Positions 1-12,400 of a DNA stretch of 64,000 bases are shown here, piece by piece. The notes under the pieces are model-generated. The model did not search any database and was not told the DNA's origin. It saw only the letters and a program-made list of their open reading frames with translations. Where the stretch lies: NCBI GenBank assembly GCA_036630325.1, contig CP142730.1, forward strand, positions 496,001 through 560,000, in the 5' to 3' direction. A program made the position numbers and the translations under genes. Numbering within the stretch: position 1 is the stretch's first letter; each line of letters opens with the position of its first letter. Source of the DNA: Vairimorpha necatrix (lineage: Eukaryota).

Positions 1-3000
1 TTTATTGCGGGGTTTTACCCTGCGATAGCAAGCTTCTTTTTGAGGGAAGAATCAAAGGTATTCATAACCCCCATCACTACAATCTCCTTGTAGTTTCTTT
101 TATCCTTCTCAATACTTAGAAGGTTAATTACTTTACTTAGAGTTTCGGCCTTGCACTCTCTCTTGTGGGACGTAAACATTGACTATTAAAATCTTTGTCC
201 ATCCCGTACTAGTTTTGAATTCAACGACAGTTTGCAGGAAATTGTCGTCATCCCCCTTTTGGAACATCTTACTGCCCCGTCTTTTCTGACTAGAGTCATT
301 AGACCCGGCCGATTCTTTCCTATGGCTGTTGTCTCCACCATCATATACTTTTCTAGTCTCGTAGAACCTAAGGATTTCTTCCAAGTTTCTTTAAGACATA
401 AGACTGTTGCCTTTTCTATTTTAAAAGGAATTCTAAGTCCTCCTTCTTTCCGTAGAAATGGTTGATGTTAAGACTATAGAGCTTGGCCTTCTCTATGGAC
501 TTGCATCTTCTTTTATTCTCCACTATATCACGAGTTGGAATTTCTTTTAATATTTCTAGGCCAAGTTTATCCATGGCTTTAGAAATTTCTTTTTTTCTTA
601 ACCTTCTGACTACGCAGAAGGTGAAGTTAGCATCTTTTCTGCGATTCTTTCTAGTATAGATAAGAGAGTTCGATAATCTCGTTGACACTCTGTCTAACTG
701 TTGTCGGAGTTCTTCTCCTTTGATATGGTTGGCCATTGTTTTAACTGGACACAACCCCCCTTGAATGCTTGTTCTCAGCATTCTAGCTTTTATTATGATA
801 TAGACATGAGATTTAAATCTCAGTTTACATCCATTACTTTTATTAGTAAAGTTACTAACTTTTGGTGAATCGTTGGGTAGACAATAATTTTTGGTACAGC
901 TAAGAAGCCGTATAACTTGTTTTTTATTAAAATATATATTATTATATAAAATTCTTTTAATAATAGGATTTTTATCACTGTTCATTGTGATGTTTACTAT
1001 CAACTTTCATGTCTTTCCCGAGCTGTTTCGCATTCAGCTCGGAAAGGAAGAACTCTTTATGACTTACTGTAGAATTATCAGATAGCCCCCTTTTTATAAC
1101 TTTTATTGCCTTATCAACAGGCACATACTTCCTCCAATTTTGACGAAGATCGGAGAATATTTTCGTCGAAGCTGATCTGTTCCTAGAGATATAATTCCAT
1201 ACTTCGTTTTCGGCAACTAATACTCTTACATTTTCTGAAGCATTCTTAAGAGCTTCTGCAGCTTGAAAGCAGAATTCATCTCTTATGAGAAAAATTCTGC
1301 CCTCGCCTTCAATATTTTTTACTAGAGGAATGTTCTTTTCCTCTATGCCCATTAATTTGCCCCAGGTCTCCCTGATTATGTGTTCCCCTCGGTAGAAACC
1401 ATGAGCGACCACAATTTTGTATTTGCAGCCTTTGAGCCTCTTTCCGTTTATTGCTAGGTCTAGCAACTCTTCTCTGGATAGTTTAGCTATCCAATTCGTT
1501 TGTTTCTTCCTCGTAATATGAGAAGAAGATGCCTTTGTTGAAGAAGTTTTCTTCATCTTGAATTTGCGCTTAGTCATAAATTTCGACTTCGCACAACCTT
1601 TTATAGATGACAGTAACAAATCATCTTTCAGTATTTTTTACAAGTTTTAGAACTTGAAGTGGGTACTTTCAACTGTTTCGTATCACAGTTGAAGTTCTTT
1701 TTTATACCTTCTAGGAATGGGGCAAACCTTTTGGCATCTGCTGTTTTTAATGTTTTTGAGGCATCAGCTTTTTTTGAGACCTTTGGTTTCATATCACAAT
1801 TTTTAAGAATGATTGTCCAGTCATTCTCCGTCTTTTCTGTTAGAAGAATAAATTTCTTCAACAATTTCCTGTTTCCTTTTACTGCAGCGGCTACCTTCCG
1901 TAAAAACACATTAATGGTATTGGATGATGGGATCCTTTTATCCGTAACCTTTATTTGCTCTTTATCTTGAGCTTTAGAGAAGACACCAAACAACTCCTAT
2001 TTATTTTTTGATCAATAAGATCAACTTTTATGGTGATTGTTTCTTTACATTCTCCTTTTTTGCCTTGAGAATCATGTCAATTCTCTGCTCTAATCTTTCA
2101 TTTGAAGCCTTTAGGGCATCAATTTGTGTGTTGAGTTGGTTTCTCATTACGGAAATCTCAATCTCATGCTGCTTCTTCAAGTTTTTAAGCTTGAATCTCT
2201 GTTCATTGAGCTCTTTTCAGATGGCATCTAAGTACTCCTGATGAATACTTGTCACTCCATGTGAACTCTTACAATAGGTAGCAAGGCTATCCATCAGCCC
2301 AGCTCTCCCACAGTACCTTTGGTTGGCATTTCTGCCTTCTTCTATCTTTATTCCGTTGAATAAAGTCTCTGTTCGTGACCAATATTTTCTCAATTCTTGG
2401 TCTGGGTGAATAGCAGCCTTGCGGAAGCTGCTAACTTCACATTCTGGTTTGTAGCTAAACATATTTATTCTAAAATTAAGGGTATAAAATATAATTTTTT
2501 AAATCTCAACATCCCCCTCTTAAAAACATTCGTCTATTATCAATTTCAGCTGAGAAGAATGTCGCTTAATAGTTTTGTTTCCTGTCCTCACCAGATATGT
2601 GTTGTTTTCTAAAACTTTATAAATTAAACCTCTAACCTTAAATTTGGGTTCTCCCTTTTTGACACCTGTTTCCGTTTTTATAATAACGCTATCCCCCTCT
2701 GAAAATTGTGGTTCGGTTTCTCGTTTTTATTTCTTTCATTGAATTTTAGTATCTCCTCATATTGTTTTTCTTTCACCTTTTGGAAATTGGCCGGGTTTAA
2801 AGCATCATTCGGAGACATACCTAATTTGCTATGATATATATTGTTATATACATCTAAAACCTTAAAAAGTCTAATTTTAAGATTTTCTTTCCCCTCTTGT
2901 TTGTATATTCCTTCTGTCAAAATTGGAAATTTCATTTTCATTACATTTAGAAACTACATCTTTGATAAAATCATCAACTTTTTGTTCTTCCTTTTGCTTC

Positions 3001-3427
3001 ATATTGTAAATGTCAAAAAGCAATGTTTTATTCTCAAATTCTTGTTCCACTTCTTTTTTCCAGATTTCAAACGTTAAAGCAGCTTTCCTTTTATTTTAAA
3101 AGTCCTACAATGCCAATCTAAAATATGAGAGTTGAGTCTGCTTATAAAAAAATCTAACTTCTCCTCATTGGTCATTTTTGCCCAACTACTCAGAGCCTCT
3201 GCTCTTCTAATTTCTACTATTATATTGTCTTTGTTTATTTCGTTTTTTATATTCTCCACCATAAACATATTTATTCTAAAATTAAGGGTATAAAATTTAA
3301 TTTTTTAAATCTCAACAGTAGCCTTCCAATACTAGTGAATTAACACTTTCTTGTACTCCAGAGGTCGATAAGTCGGCCTCAATCGCGCAAGTTTCTTCCT
3401 CCTTTTTTTTTGCGTTTGGTGAACCCC
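1..3427 (-). mobile_element. APE-type non-LTR retrotransposon (LINE), 5' part, degenerate; continues past the window start
   Basis: Near-identical to 42104-45075. ORF1 fragments at 975-2462 and endonuclease-like fragments (KILIVNVYVP) at 1-400. The 5' end GGGGTT(C) coincides in both copies. Confidence 0.85.
2456..3317 (-). mobile_element. Mini LTR retroelement (deletion derivative) with 56-bp LTRs, inserted in LINE ORF1
   Basis: Direct repeats 2456-2511 and 3262-3317 (1 mismatch). GTAGC TSD at 2451-2455 and 3318-3322; empty site visible at ~44970. PBS TGGTGGAGAAT (tRNA-Ala-like), PPT AAGAGGGGGA. Gag-like piece 3074-3268 and integrase C-terminal piece (YNNIYHSKLGMSP) 2678-2941. Confidence 0.9.
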
Positions 3428-3508
3428 ATTTTACATGCAGGACCAATATAAATTCTATGTTATTTTGTTAATCATAAAGAAAAAATGAAAATTTTTAATG
3501 TAAATATT

Positions 3509-4441
3509 GGAGCTTTTCCACTTTAGTCCCCCCTTAAATATATAAATACCAATTTTTAAAAAATATCCCCGATTTTTGAAATTCAAAGCGGACAGAACGG
3601 AGGGAGAAAAATCCAAAAAAAAATAACATCTAATAAAACAATATAATAACCAAAGATAAACAAATTATTTTTTTTATTTTTTTAATTTTTTAACTATTTC
3701 ATTATAGTTCTGACTTGATCAAATCCTCTACTTATTATACATAAATTTGTATAATAACAAGATATATTATTGAATATGTATAATAAATAATAACATAACT
3801 ATGTTATAATGTAATAATTAAAAATCAATAAGAAAATTTTTTCTATATTAATAAATTTAATTAATCTTATAGCAGTTTATTTTTAAAATTCATAATTTTA
3901 ATCTTATAGCAGTTTATTTTTAAAATTCATAATTTTAATCTTATAGCAGTTTATTTTTAAAATTCATAATTTTAATCTTATATAATATATATGAATGATT
4001 AAAAATACATAAATATGAATTTTTTCTCTTCATTTGTTTATAAAAAACAATCAATTACCTAAAATACTAATATTTTATACAAATACTTAAAATAATAAGA
4101 ACCAAACCTAAAATCTGTATTAAACATCATAAATAGAAGGAAAACATAAGTTTCAACCCGGAAATATGATAATAATGACAGAAGAAAATAATTTTCTTTT
4201 TATGTAATTAGACATCTATTTAAACACAATTTAGAAAAAATAATTTTTATAATTGTTTTATATTATGTTTTAACTGTAATATGGTCAAAATAGAACTTAT
4301 TTTAACTATTATATACTACTTTATAAATTTTGTATTTTCTCCCTTCCGTTCTGTCCGCTTCGAATTTCAAAAATCAGGGATATTTTTTAAAAATTGATAT
4401 TTATATATGTAGGGGGGGGGGGACTATAGTGGAAATTGGCC
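3509..4441. mobile_element. Non-autonomous MULE-type MITE with ~100 bp TIRs
   Basis: TIR GGAGCTTTTCCACTTTAGTCCCCCC...GCGGACAGAACGG mirrored at ~4335-4441. Flanks TAAATATT / TAAATATA form a probable TSD. Inner TIR resembles the MULE end at 15780-15855. Confidence 0.85.
3863..3981. repeat. ~37-bp minisatellite, 3 copies, inside the MITE
   Basis: Tandem AATCTTATAGCAGTTTATTTTTAAAATTCATAATTTT. Confidence 0.9.
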
Positions 4442-4490
4442 TAAATATATATAGAATGAAAATATAATCAAATTAAAAGAAAAGTTTTAG

Positions 4491-6143
4491 CTACAAAATA
4501 TTTTTATTTTCTTTCTTTTTAGCAATTTCTGCTAGTTTTTCTTTAATCAAATTGATATTTTGTTCTACTTTCTTTGGATCAAGATCAAAAATTTTTATGA
4601 ATTCATTTTTATCTACTCCTTGTAGTTTATTATCATAAAATCTGGCTTTGATGGAACATGATTCTGCTACTAATCGAATAAAATTAAACATATTTAGTAT
4701 TCTAAAAACTTCAAAGTTTTCACTTTGTTTTACAATTATTTCATTCATTATATCAAATAAATCCAAATATTGAGAACTTTGCTCATTTTGATCTTCGTTT
4801 CTTCTATTAACTTTCATAATATTTCCAATTTCTTTCAAAGTTTGAAAAGATCCTTCAGCAGCTTCATCGTTGTTAATGTAATTTTCTGCTTCAACAAGTA
4901 AATATATCTTAATATATCTATATTGGTCACTTTTACTGTTAAATATCTTTGATATGATTCCTTTCCTGTTAAGTTCTCCTTTATTTTCGATTAGGCAATC
5001 TAAATCCTCTGTGCCTATTAATTTATCGAAAACTAATATATGTCCGAAAAATATATTCAACTGATCTTTTGTTTTATCCAGAATTCTTTTGAAGAGAAAC
5101 CCAATTTCTTTTTCTTTCAATAGAACATTAAACGCATCTATGACTGCGTATTCTGTTTTTCTTATTAAAACTTGCATTCTTTCTGCATATTTCCGGCTTT
5201 CCAAATTATTTTCTTGCACTAGATTAATTGTAGTGTTATTAATTTTAGTCCACTTTAATAAACCTAGCTCATCTCTTAATAATTTTTTAATTTTGTAATT
5301 TTCATACTTACATAGAGTATTCGGAATTTTCAGCCTTCTTTCTGTGAAAAATCTCATACTTTTATTAGAAAAAGCTGAAGAAAAAAAAGCATCTTTGTAT
5401 AAATCGAAACACTTAGGACAAATGTCGTTCTTTTCTTTCAGACATTGTTTTACTATGTCCAGCATTTCGCCTTTGGAAAATTCGAAGTAAAAGTAAGCCT
5501 TTTCTATATAAACTAGAACACTGATACATATGATGTCGTCATTCGCATCATATGTAGGTAAAACATATGAATTAGCCCCCAAACTTGGGTCATCTGAATT
5601 AAGGGGAACTTCTTTGATCATATTAAGTATAGATTTTCCCTCATTAATATAAGCTTGAGTAGTTTTTAAATACAAAGATTGGTTTTCGTTATTTGTATTA
5701 TTTCTTTTATCATTTATTTTTCTGATTCCTTCTATAATGTCTTTAATAATGGTATTTTCATTAGAATATATGCATTCGTTTGTATAAGTATCTATATAGT
5801 CTAAAAAGACCTTATATAATTTATAATTGTCCATAAATTCTGTTAATTTTCTTTCATATTCATTAAGAATAATATCTAAAGATTTTTCTCCATAATTAAT
5901 ATTTAATGATTCTGTTATTTCTGATTTTTTATTTTTCTCAAAGTCTATTATTTTAAAAGAACACCTAATTTCTTTATTTTCATAATGCCTTAAGTCTGCA
6001 TAACCATAATTTTTAGTAGTGTCTACCATTTGATAATCTCCTTTTACGATTTTTTGAATAAACACTGCCGTAATTTCATCACAGAGAGGTCTATAAATTG
6101 CTTGTGTAGAAACAAACATATAGAAGACATGTAAGATGAACAT
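4491..6143 (-). CDS. Putative secreted protein, paralog family member 1 (~550 aa)
   Basis: Intact ORF. Start placed at CCCCCCCATT-ATG (6143) rather than 6179. Hydrophobic N-terminus MFILHVFYMFVSTQA. Motifs GEKS, FLFKRIL and EAENYI...FQTLKEIG are shared with the other paralogs. Confidence 0.85.
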   Translation of the reverse strand: MFILHVFYMFVSTQAIYRPLCDEITAVFIQKIVKGDYQMVDTTKNYGYADLRHYENKEIRCSFKIIDFEKNKKSEITESLNINYGEKSLDIILNEYERKLTEFMDNYKLYKVFLDYIDTYTNECIYSNENTIIKDIIEGIRKINDKRNNTNNENQSLYLKTTQAYINEGKSILNMIKEVPLNSDDPSLGANSYVLPTYDANDDIICISVLVYIEKAYFYFEFSKGEMLDIVKQCLKEKNDICPKCFDLYKDAFFSSAFSNKSMRFFTERRLKIPNTLCKYENYKIKKLLRDELGLLKWTKINNTTINLVQENNLESRKYAERMQVLIRKTEYAVIDAFNVLLKEKEIGFLFKRILDKTKDQLNIFFGHILVFDKLIGTEDLDCLIENKGELNRKGIISKIFNSKSDQYRYIKIYLLVEAENYINNDEAAEGSFQTLKEIGNIMKVNRRNEDQNEQSSQYLDLFDIMNEIIVKQSENFEVFRILNMFNFIRLVAESCSIKARFYDNKLQGVDKNEFIKIFDLDPKKVEQNINLIKEKLAEIAKKKENKNIL

Positions 6144-7224
6144 AATGGGGGGGTAAAGAAAAAATTTATTCATATGCAAAAAATAAATTAAAAATCTTCG
6201 ATATTTTATAAAACTTCTACAAAAAAATTAAAAGATGTTTATGATCTATGTAAAAGCTTTTAAAACATTTTTTATTTTTGTTTATTTATTATTTTTGATT
6301 TTGAATTTTTTATTTATTTTTTTTGAAAAAAAGAAAAATTAAAATTTTAATTAATGTTTTGAAAATTTGAAAAACCAATAAAAAGATACGGAATTCGCAA
6401 TATCAATGTCACACAATATTTTATTTTGACTCTTATTAACCAGTACAAGTTCTATTTTTGAACTTTGTGGACATCAGATTTTTAATCTGAAATAATATTG
6501 ATTTAATTAAACACGTGATATCCAAAACAAAACTTCAATCAAAAAGCGCCTGGAAGATATAACACAGCATAGATGGGAGGAGGGCTAAAATCAGCTTTAG
6601 TGTAAAAAAAATGGGGGGTCGAAATTTTTAAAAAATTGCCCCTTTTTTAAAAAAAGGAAGGGAATGCTGAGTAAAGAAGAAATTGAAGATTTTTATGAAC
6701 ATCTGCTAAGAAAGAAATATAAACAGAAATGTTCAATTTGTAGCTGGGATACATCTAGAGTATCTAACGAAACATTTTATTTGAGATGTAAATTTCCCAA
6801 ATGCGGCCAAAGATTTTCAATTTGGAATAATACTCTATTTTCAAATAGTAAGATAGATCATATTCTTATGCTGAAAATTGTTAATCTATGGACAATGGGA
6901 CTTAAAATAGCGCATATTACTAAAACTTTGGACTGTAATATGCAAAATGTAAGTGCTACACTTGAGAAATTATTTTAATTAAAAATTTATGAAAAATATA
7001 TAAATAAAACAAAACAAATAGGAGGCGAAAATATCATAGTGGAGATCGACGAAAGTAAAATAGGTAAGAATAAATACCACAGGGGAAAATTAGTTAAAGG
7101 ATTTTGGTGTTTTGGGATGGTAGAAAGAACAACAGAAAAGAAGATAATATTTGTCATAATAAATAAAAGAAACAAGGATACATTGCTGCCGATCTTATTT
7201 AAGTATGTAAATTTGAAATCTATC

Positions 7225-8894
7225 TGTGGTATCCACCACTGAGGAAAGTATTTAAAATATTTTTATTATTCATTCTATGCTTCCTTTCCATTATTCCGTA
7301 CCCCTCTCCAGATAAAATATTTAAATAAATGTTGGAGGGAAAACGGGTCGAATTTGGAGGGAAGATTTTAGAAATATATTTTATGATATTTGGTATATCA
7401 TAATCTGCCTCTCCTTTTGCTTCAAAGTTTACTATCAACCAATTTTTCATATCCCGGTATTATATTAGATACTATATCTGGAGGCTCTTCTATTGTATTA
7501 TTAACATCATTATTTATAGTTTCTAACCTATTTTTGGTGTTTATATTATCCAATGTAGCTATCATCCTCTTTCTTGTTTTAAAAGTCTTCAATAGTTTTG
7601 GTTTACCAAAGTATTTTACTTTATACAGAATTTTCTCGCGATTTTGCTTATTTTCACCTTCGCTGTTTTCTATATTGTCTTTCAATACATTGTCCCCGTG
7701 GGTTGATTTTTTAGCTCTTACTATTATCTCTTCGAGTTTCTCGTTTTTAACTTCCTTGGCTTGTGGTTTTTTAGCGGTATCTGTGCTCGCTTCTTTAATT
7801 TCATCTGCGTTAACCGCTTTCTCTTTATGTAACTCGCTGTTTTTGATGTAGTGGTCTATTTTTTCGGCAGTTTCAATGCTTTTATTTTCCTCACTTATGG
7901 AAAAGCAGTTTTGCATTAGCAAATCTTTATTTTGTGTGGCTTCATCTGTCTTCATGTTGTTATTCTTATTTTTATTACTTTTATTTTTCTTAAAGCAATC
8001 ACTAGTATTATGAGTTCTTGATCGATGCAAACTACACCATCTATTCCCATCCTCTCTATGGTTTGGTTCTTTGACCTCGACTCGGTTATTCCTTATTAAG
8101 ACTACATCATTTCGAATTCTAGCTACTAATTCTTTCTCCAAGCTTACCAATAGATAAATAATGTCTTTAACATTCGTAGTATTTAATTTCAGAACATAAT
8201 CTTTTGTATCTTCAGATAAAGCATTTAGACAGATTTCATTAAATCTTCTCTCATATTCCTTCTTAGTATATTTTTCTAAATAAGATGCCACTTCAAGTTT
8301 GGCATAAATATCATTTATCATATCTTCTATCAAAACATAATTAGATTGTTTAATTTCTAATAATTTAATTCCTTCATTTGAAAAGATTGTATGCGGATAG
8401 GCAACAGTTAATATTTCTTCCTTACCCTTCATATAAGACTTACAATTGTTCTTTCTTTTCCATTCTTTACTTTCCACTAAATTTTGTAGCACTAACAGAT
8501 TCTCTTCATCGCTCCATTCTATTTTCTTACTCAATTCTTCAAATTTTCTGAACCATTCTAGCATATTGGTTCCTTCAATACAGTTTATTATTTCTAACTG
8601 TTTTATAATAGGCTCTTTTAGGCCCTTGACTTTGATCTCAAAGCTGATCGTGTCTTTGGATTCATAAGTCTTTATCCTTTTGTTTAGTATAGGATACATC
8701 TTCGTTAAATTTAACTTGTGGTATCCACCACTGAGGAAAGTATTTAAAATATTTTTATTATTCATTCTATGCTTCCTTTCCATTATTCCGTACCCCTCTC
8801 CAGATAAAATATTTAAATAAATGTTGGAGGGAAAACGGGTCGAATTTGGAGGGAAGATTTTAGAAATATATTTTATGATATTTGGTATATCATA
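7225..8894 (-). mobile_element. Gag-only non-autonomous LTR retroelement with identical 178-bp LTRs
   Basis: LTRs 7225-7402 and 8717-8894 look identical. CTATC TSD at 7220-7224 and 8895-8899. PPT GCAAAAGGAGAGGCAGAT. No TGG-type PBS. Confidence 0.92.
7422..8783 (-). CDS. gag: Gag-like protein with CHHC zinc knuckle and a C-terminal extension; no pol
   Basis: Intact 453-aa ORF with WCSLHRSRTHNTSDC. Aligns by eye with the Gag part of 11321-13609. Confidence 0.85.
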   Translation of the reverse strand: MERKHRMNNKNILNTFLSGGYHKLNLTKMYPILNKRIKTYESKDTISFEIKVKGLKEPIIKQLEIINCIEGTNMLEWFRKFEELSKKIEWSDEENLLVLQNLVESKEWKRKNNCKSYMKGKEEILTVAYPHTIFSNEGIKLLEIKQSNYVLIEDMINDIYAKLEVASYLEKYTKKEYERRFNEICLNALSEDTKDYVLKLNTTNVKDIIYLLVSLEKELVARIRNDVVLIRNNRVEVKEPNHREDGNRWCSLHRSRTHNTSDCFKKNKSNKNKNNNMKTDEATQNKDLLMQNCFSISEENKSIETAEKIDHYIKNSELHKEKAVNADEIKEASTDTAKKPQAKEVKNEKLEEIIVRAKKSTHGDNVLKDNIENSEGENKQNREKILYKVKYFGKPKLLKTFKTRKRMIATLDNINTKNRLETINNDVNNTIEEPPDIVSNIIPGYEKLVDSKL

Positions 8895-9453
8895 CTATCA
8901 TTCATTCCGATATGTGGAAGGCCTATATAACGTTAAAAAGCCATTACGCGGACCATAGAACTGTAAATCACAGTCAAACATTTAGAGATAATGAAACAGG
9001 TGTCCATACAAACACCATCGAAGGAAATTGGAGGTCTTTAAAAGCCTCTATACCCAAAAGGTGTAGAACATATGAACTTTCTGAAATCTATTTAACTCTA
9101 TATATGATTAAAAGAAATGAGATTCAAGACGCCTTTGAAGCATTATTAAAATTATGTTTTTGATATATTTTACTTATTTTAATACAATTTTTTTATATTT
9201 TTATATCTTAATTACATTTTATTTTTTTTCTGAAGTTTTCTCTTCCCTTCCTTTTTTAAAAATTTCGACCCCCCATTTTTTTTACACTAAAGTTGATTTT
9301 AGCCGGAAGGAGTTACATATGAAAACAACTTCCATTAAACATTGTGATAAAAAAACTAATAATGAAAGTTTAGTCGTACAAAATTTTATATAAAAAATAT
9401 TAGTTCTTTTTTATAGCATATTTTTGTTCTTTAACTCATGCTCTCTTGTTTTC

Positions 9454-12400
9454 TGACGTAGTCCAGAGGAGCTACCTCTGGATAAATATAGTTCGATGTA
9501 ATTAATGATTTTATTGTTATTGAATAAGCCTCGTTGGGCATCTGTTACGGGATACTGATCCCTGGCTTGGTAGCCCTTCCTTGGTCTATGTTCCCAAGGG
9601 TAATGATCGTTAGTTTGTTTCATGATCCGGTGGGGGTCAGGGCAAAAAAGAAATAAATATTCGATTTTTGGAATAGACCGGTCGAATGGTCTATTTTCCA
9701 AAAAGGGAAAATTGATAAAATAAAAATAAATATTTTGTGGTATTTATAATACCACATTCTACCCCCTCTAAAACTTTATGTTCTTAACATGTATCCATTC
9801 GTGGATTCCATTGACCTTTATCCACTTTCCTTTAGACCCTACTTGCGTGATTCTTCGCTTCCTCCGATATTTTCGCTCTAGCTTTTTGGCTGTTAAATTT
9901 CTTACATATACCATGTCTCCTATTCTGTATTTAACTGCAATTGGTATATGTTTTGTCTCCCGCATTCGTATTGGTCTTTTCAATGGATCGTAATATTCCT
10001 TTCCCGTCAAAGCAGCATTGGGTGAACATCCAATAGTCCTGTTGTAGTTATTGTTGATTACCCATTCGCACTTCTCAACTGCTGTATGTATGTTTTCACC
10101 TTTCATAATAGATAGCATAAACGATATGGTACGGTTTATTGACTCTGAGATACCATTTGAACTTGGTGTATAAGTTGGAATGCGTAAATGTCTTATGTCT
10201 GATTCCTTTAGATATTGTTCCAACTCTTTGCTTATATATTGTTTTCCATTATCAGTTATTAGTACGGACGGTTTAGATTCCGTGACTTCCATCCAATTGT
10301 TTACTGCTTGAATAATTTCTTCCCCTCTTATTTTATACGATAAGTAGACCTTTGTGTATCTAGTTTTTATATCAGTAATTGTGATTAAAAATGCCTTTTC
10401 GTGTTTGCCTTTATGTTTAAAGTTATCTAGGCTAGATGGACCATATATGTCCGAACTAATTCTTTCTAACTTGTTTTCTGACCACATAGGGGCTCCTACC
10501 TCTCTTTTAGTAAATGTTAATTTGTATCCTTTGCATTTTTTGCAATCTTGTACTACTTGTTTGATTTTTTTCAATAAGTAAGGGACGTAAAAAAATTTCC
10601 TTAAGTTGTTATACATTGTCGTGATCCCTCTATGTCCTTGATTATGATGGATTTTCTGTAACCAGTACTTTACCTTGGTTGATCTGATGTATATCTTACC
10701 TTGTTTGTTTGTTTTTATCCTTTGGCCTTTGTCTCTTATTACAGCGTCTTTGACAATTTTTATGTATTCATCCTCATTAGGTTCAACCATTGTGAAACAT
10801 CTTGATAAGTTATCTGCAATGATGTTTTCTTTACCTTCAATGTGTATTAATTTATGGTTAAATTCATTTATAATAAGTTTCCATCGACTCATTCTTGAAG
10901 TCTCGAGCTTTGGGCTGTGTAAGCAGTTTTTGCTATCTGTTCTTACTTCTACAAAATTTCCTTGTAAGATGCTTTTGAAATGGATTAGTGATAGAAGGAT
11001 TCCAAGATATTCCTTTTCTACAATGCTGTAATTTAATTCGACTTTTCCAAATTTTTTGCTGAAATATCCAATTGGTCCATCTTCTTGGTATAAGACACTA
11101 CCTATTCCTGTGTCCGAAGCGTCGCATTCTAAGACGAATGATTTAGTGTAATCTGGGCAAATTTACTTTGCACGTTTCTCAATAAATTCACTTATTTCTT
11201 TGATGATATTTTGAATATGTTGAGTTGATTCTATCTTTGCTCCTTGTTTTAGCATATCCGTGATAGGTAGTAATTTTGTTGATAATTTTGGCAAAAATTT
11301 TCTATACCATCCAATCGTACCTAAGAGTTTTGTACATCTCTTTTTGTTTTAATTCTTCTTTCTAAGATTTCTTTAGGAATAATTTTATTAGCTGGAAATA
11401 CTCCTTCTGCATTAATAACATTTCCTAGTACCGTTATTTCATTTTTCATAAAGTTGCTTTTTTCAAAATTTATTTTTACATTTTTTTCTTTAAGTTTATT
11501 TAGAACTTTAATAATTAGATCGTTATGTTCTTCCTTTGTCTTTGAGAATAAGACAATGTCATCTATATACACGAAGCAATTGTCCACTTCGTGTAATATT
11601 TCAGTAATGTATCTTTGAAAAATTTTCGGCCCCGGTTTAATACCAAAGGGTGCACGTTTGTACCTGTATTGGGCTCCCATTATCATAAAGGAGGTCAAAT
11701 CTCTACTTTCCTTTGTAATCTTAATTTGGTTAAATCCGTTCTTTAGGTCTATTTGAGAAAAGTATTTATTCTTTCCCATTCTGAGTATACAATCGTCTAT
11801 TCTAGGGATTGAAAAAATGTCATCAGCGATGTGATCGTTTATATCTTTAAAATTTATCACTAATCTCAACTCTCCGGTTTTCTTTTCTACAAAATATCCA
11901 GGACTTGCAAATGATGCTCTCGATTTTTCGATAATGTTTTCATCAAGTAATCTTTTTACTTCCTTCCTCGCAGCTTCGTGATATTTAAACGCAATGTTGT
12001 AGAATTTGTGACGCGTCATATTCAGTTTCTTTATTATGGTGAACTTGGCTTCATCCATTTTCATATAAGAGAAGTTATCATTAAGCTTTTGATATTTTTT
12101 AAGGTGGGATATATGAAGTTCATTAGGAGTAGACGCGTAAAGTAAATTATTTAATCTTTCGTTTAACACTTCGTCTGTGTTTGGAATTGCGTCCATAAAA
12201 GGAATTTCCTCTTCATGTATCCTCAATGACTGACTTGTAAAGTTAATTGTTGCTTTGTTCTCGCTTAACCAATCTGATCCTAGTAGTAAATCTACGGGAC
12301 AATCTTGTATAACATAAAAGTCGGCATTGGCAGTTATGCTTGGGGTGAAAGTTATCTTTATTGTAACTTTGGAGGTAATTGTTTTTTCGTCTCCATTTCC

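Larger units (their letters stand above)
6583..9304 (+). mobile_element. Merlin / IS1595 (ISXO2-like) DNA transposon, interrupted by an LTR element
   Basis: TIRs GGCTAAAATCAGCTTTAGTGTAAAAAAAATGGGGGGTCGAAATTTT. 8-bp TSD GGGAGGAG / GGAAGGAG. Transposase pieces: Zn ribbon 6664-6978, VEIDESKIGKNKYHRG 7039-7224, IHSDMWKAY...TVNHS...HTNTIEGNW 8895-9163. Confidence 0.93.

Noticed and set aside
1-6143. Larger ancient duplication of LINE plus secreted gene (vs 42104-47690)
   Set aside because: The LINE copies are close in sequence while the genes are very diverged and the LINE flanks differ; independent insertions are more likely.
7390-7851. Antisense membrane-protein ORFs (also 1659-1970, 10675-11031, 46237-46512 and similar)
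   Set aside because: Hydrophobic F/L/I/S-rich shadows of K/E/N-rich genes on the opposite strand; no CCC-ATG context.
6583-9304. Bacterial IS1595 indicating contamination or a prokaryotic genome
   Set aside because: The eukaryotic Merlin superfamily is the IS1595 relative, and it is interleaved with LTR and LINE elements.
9411-9701. Independent 96-aa gene
   Set aside because: It is the LTR copy of the gag-pol N-terminal frame running into flanking DNA.
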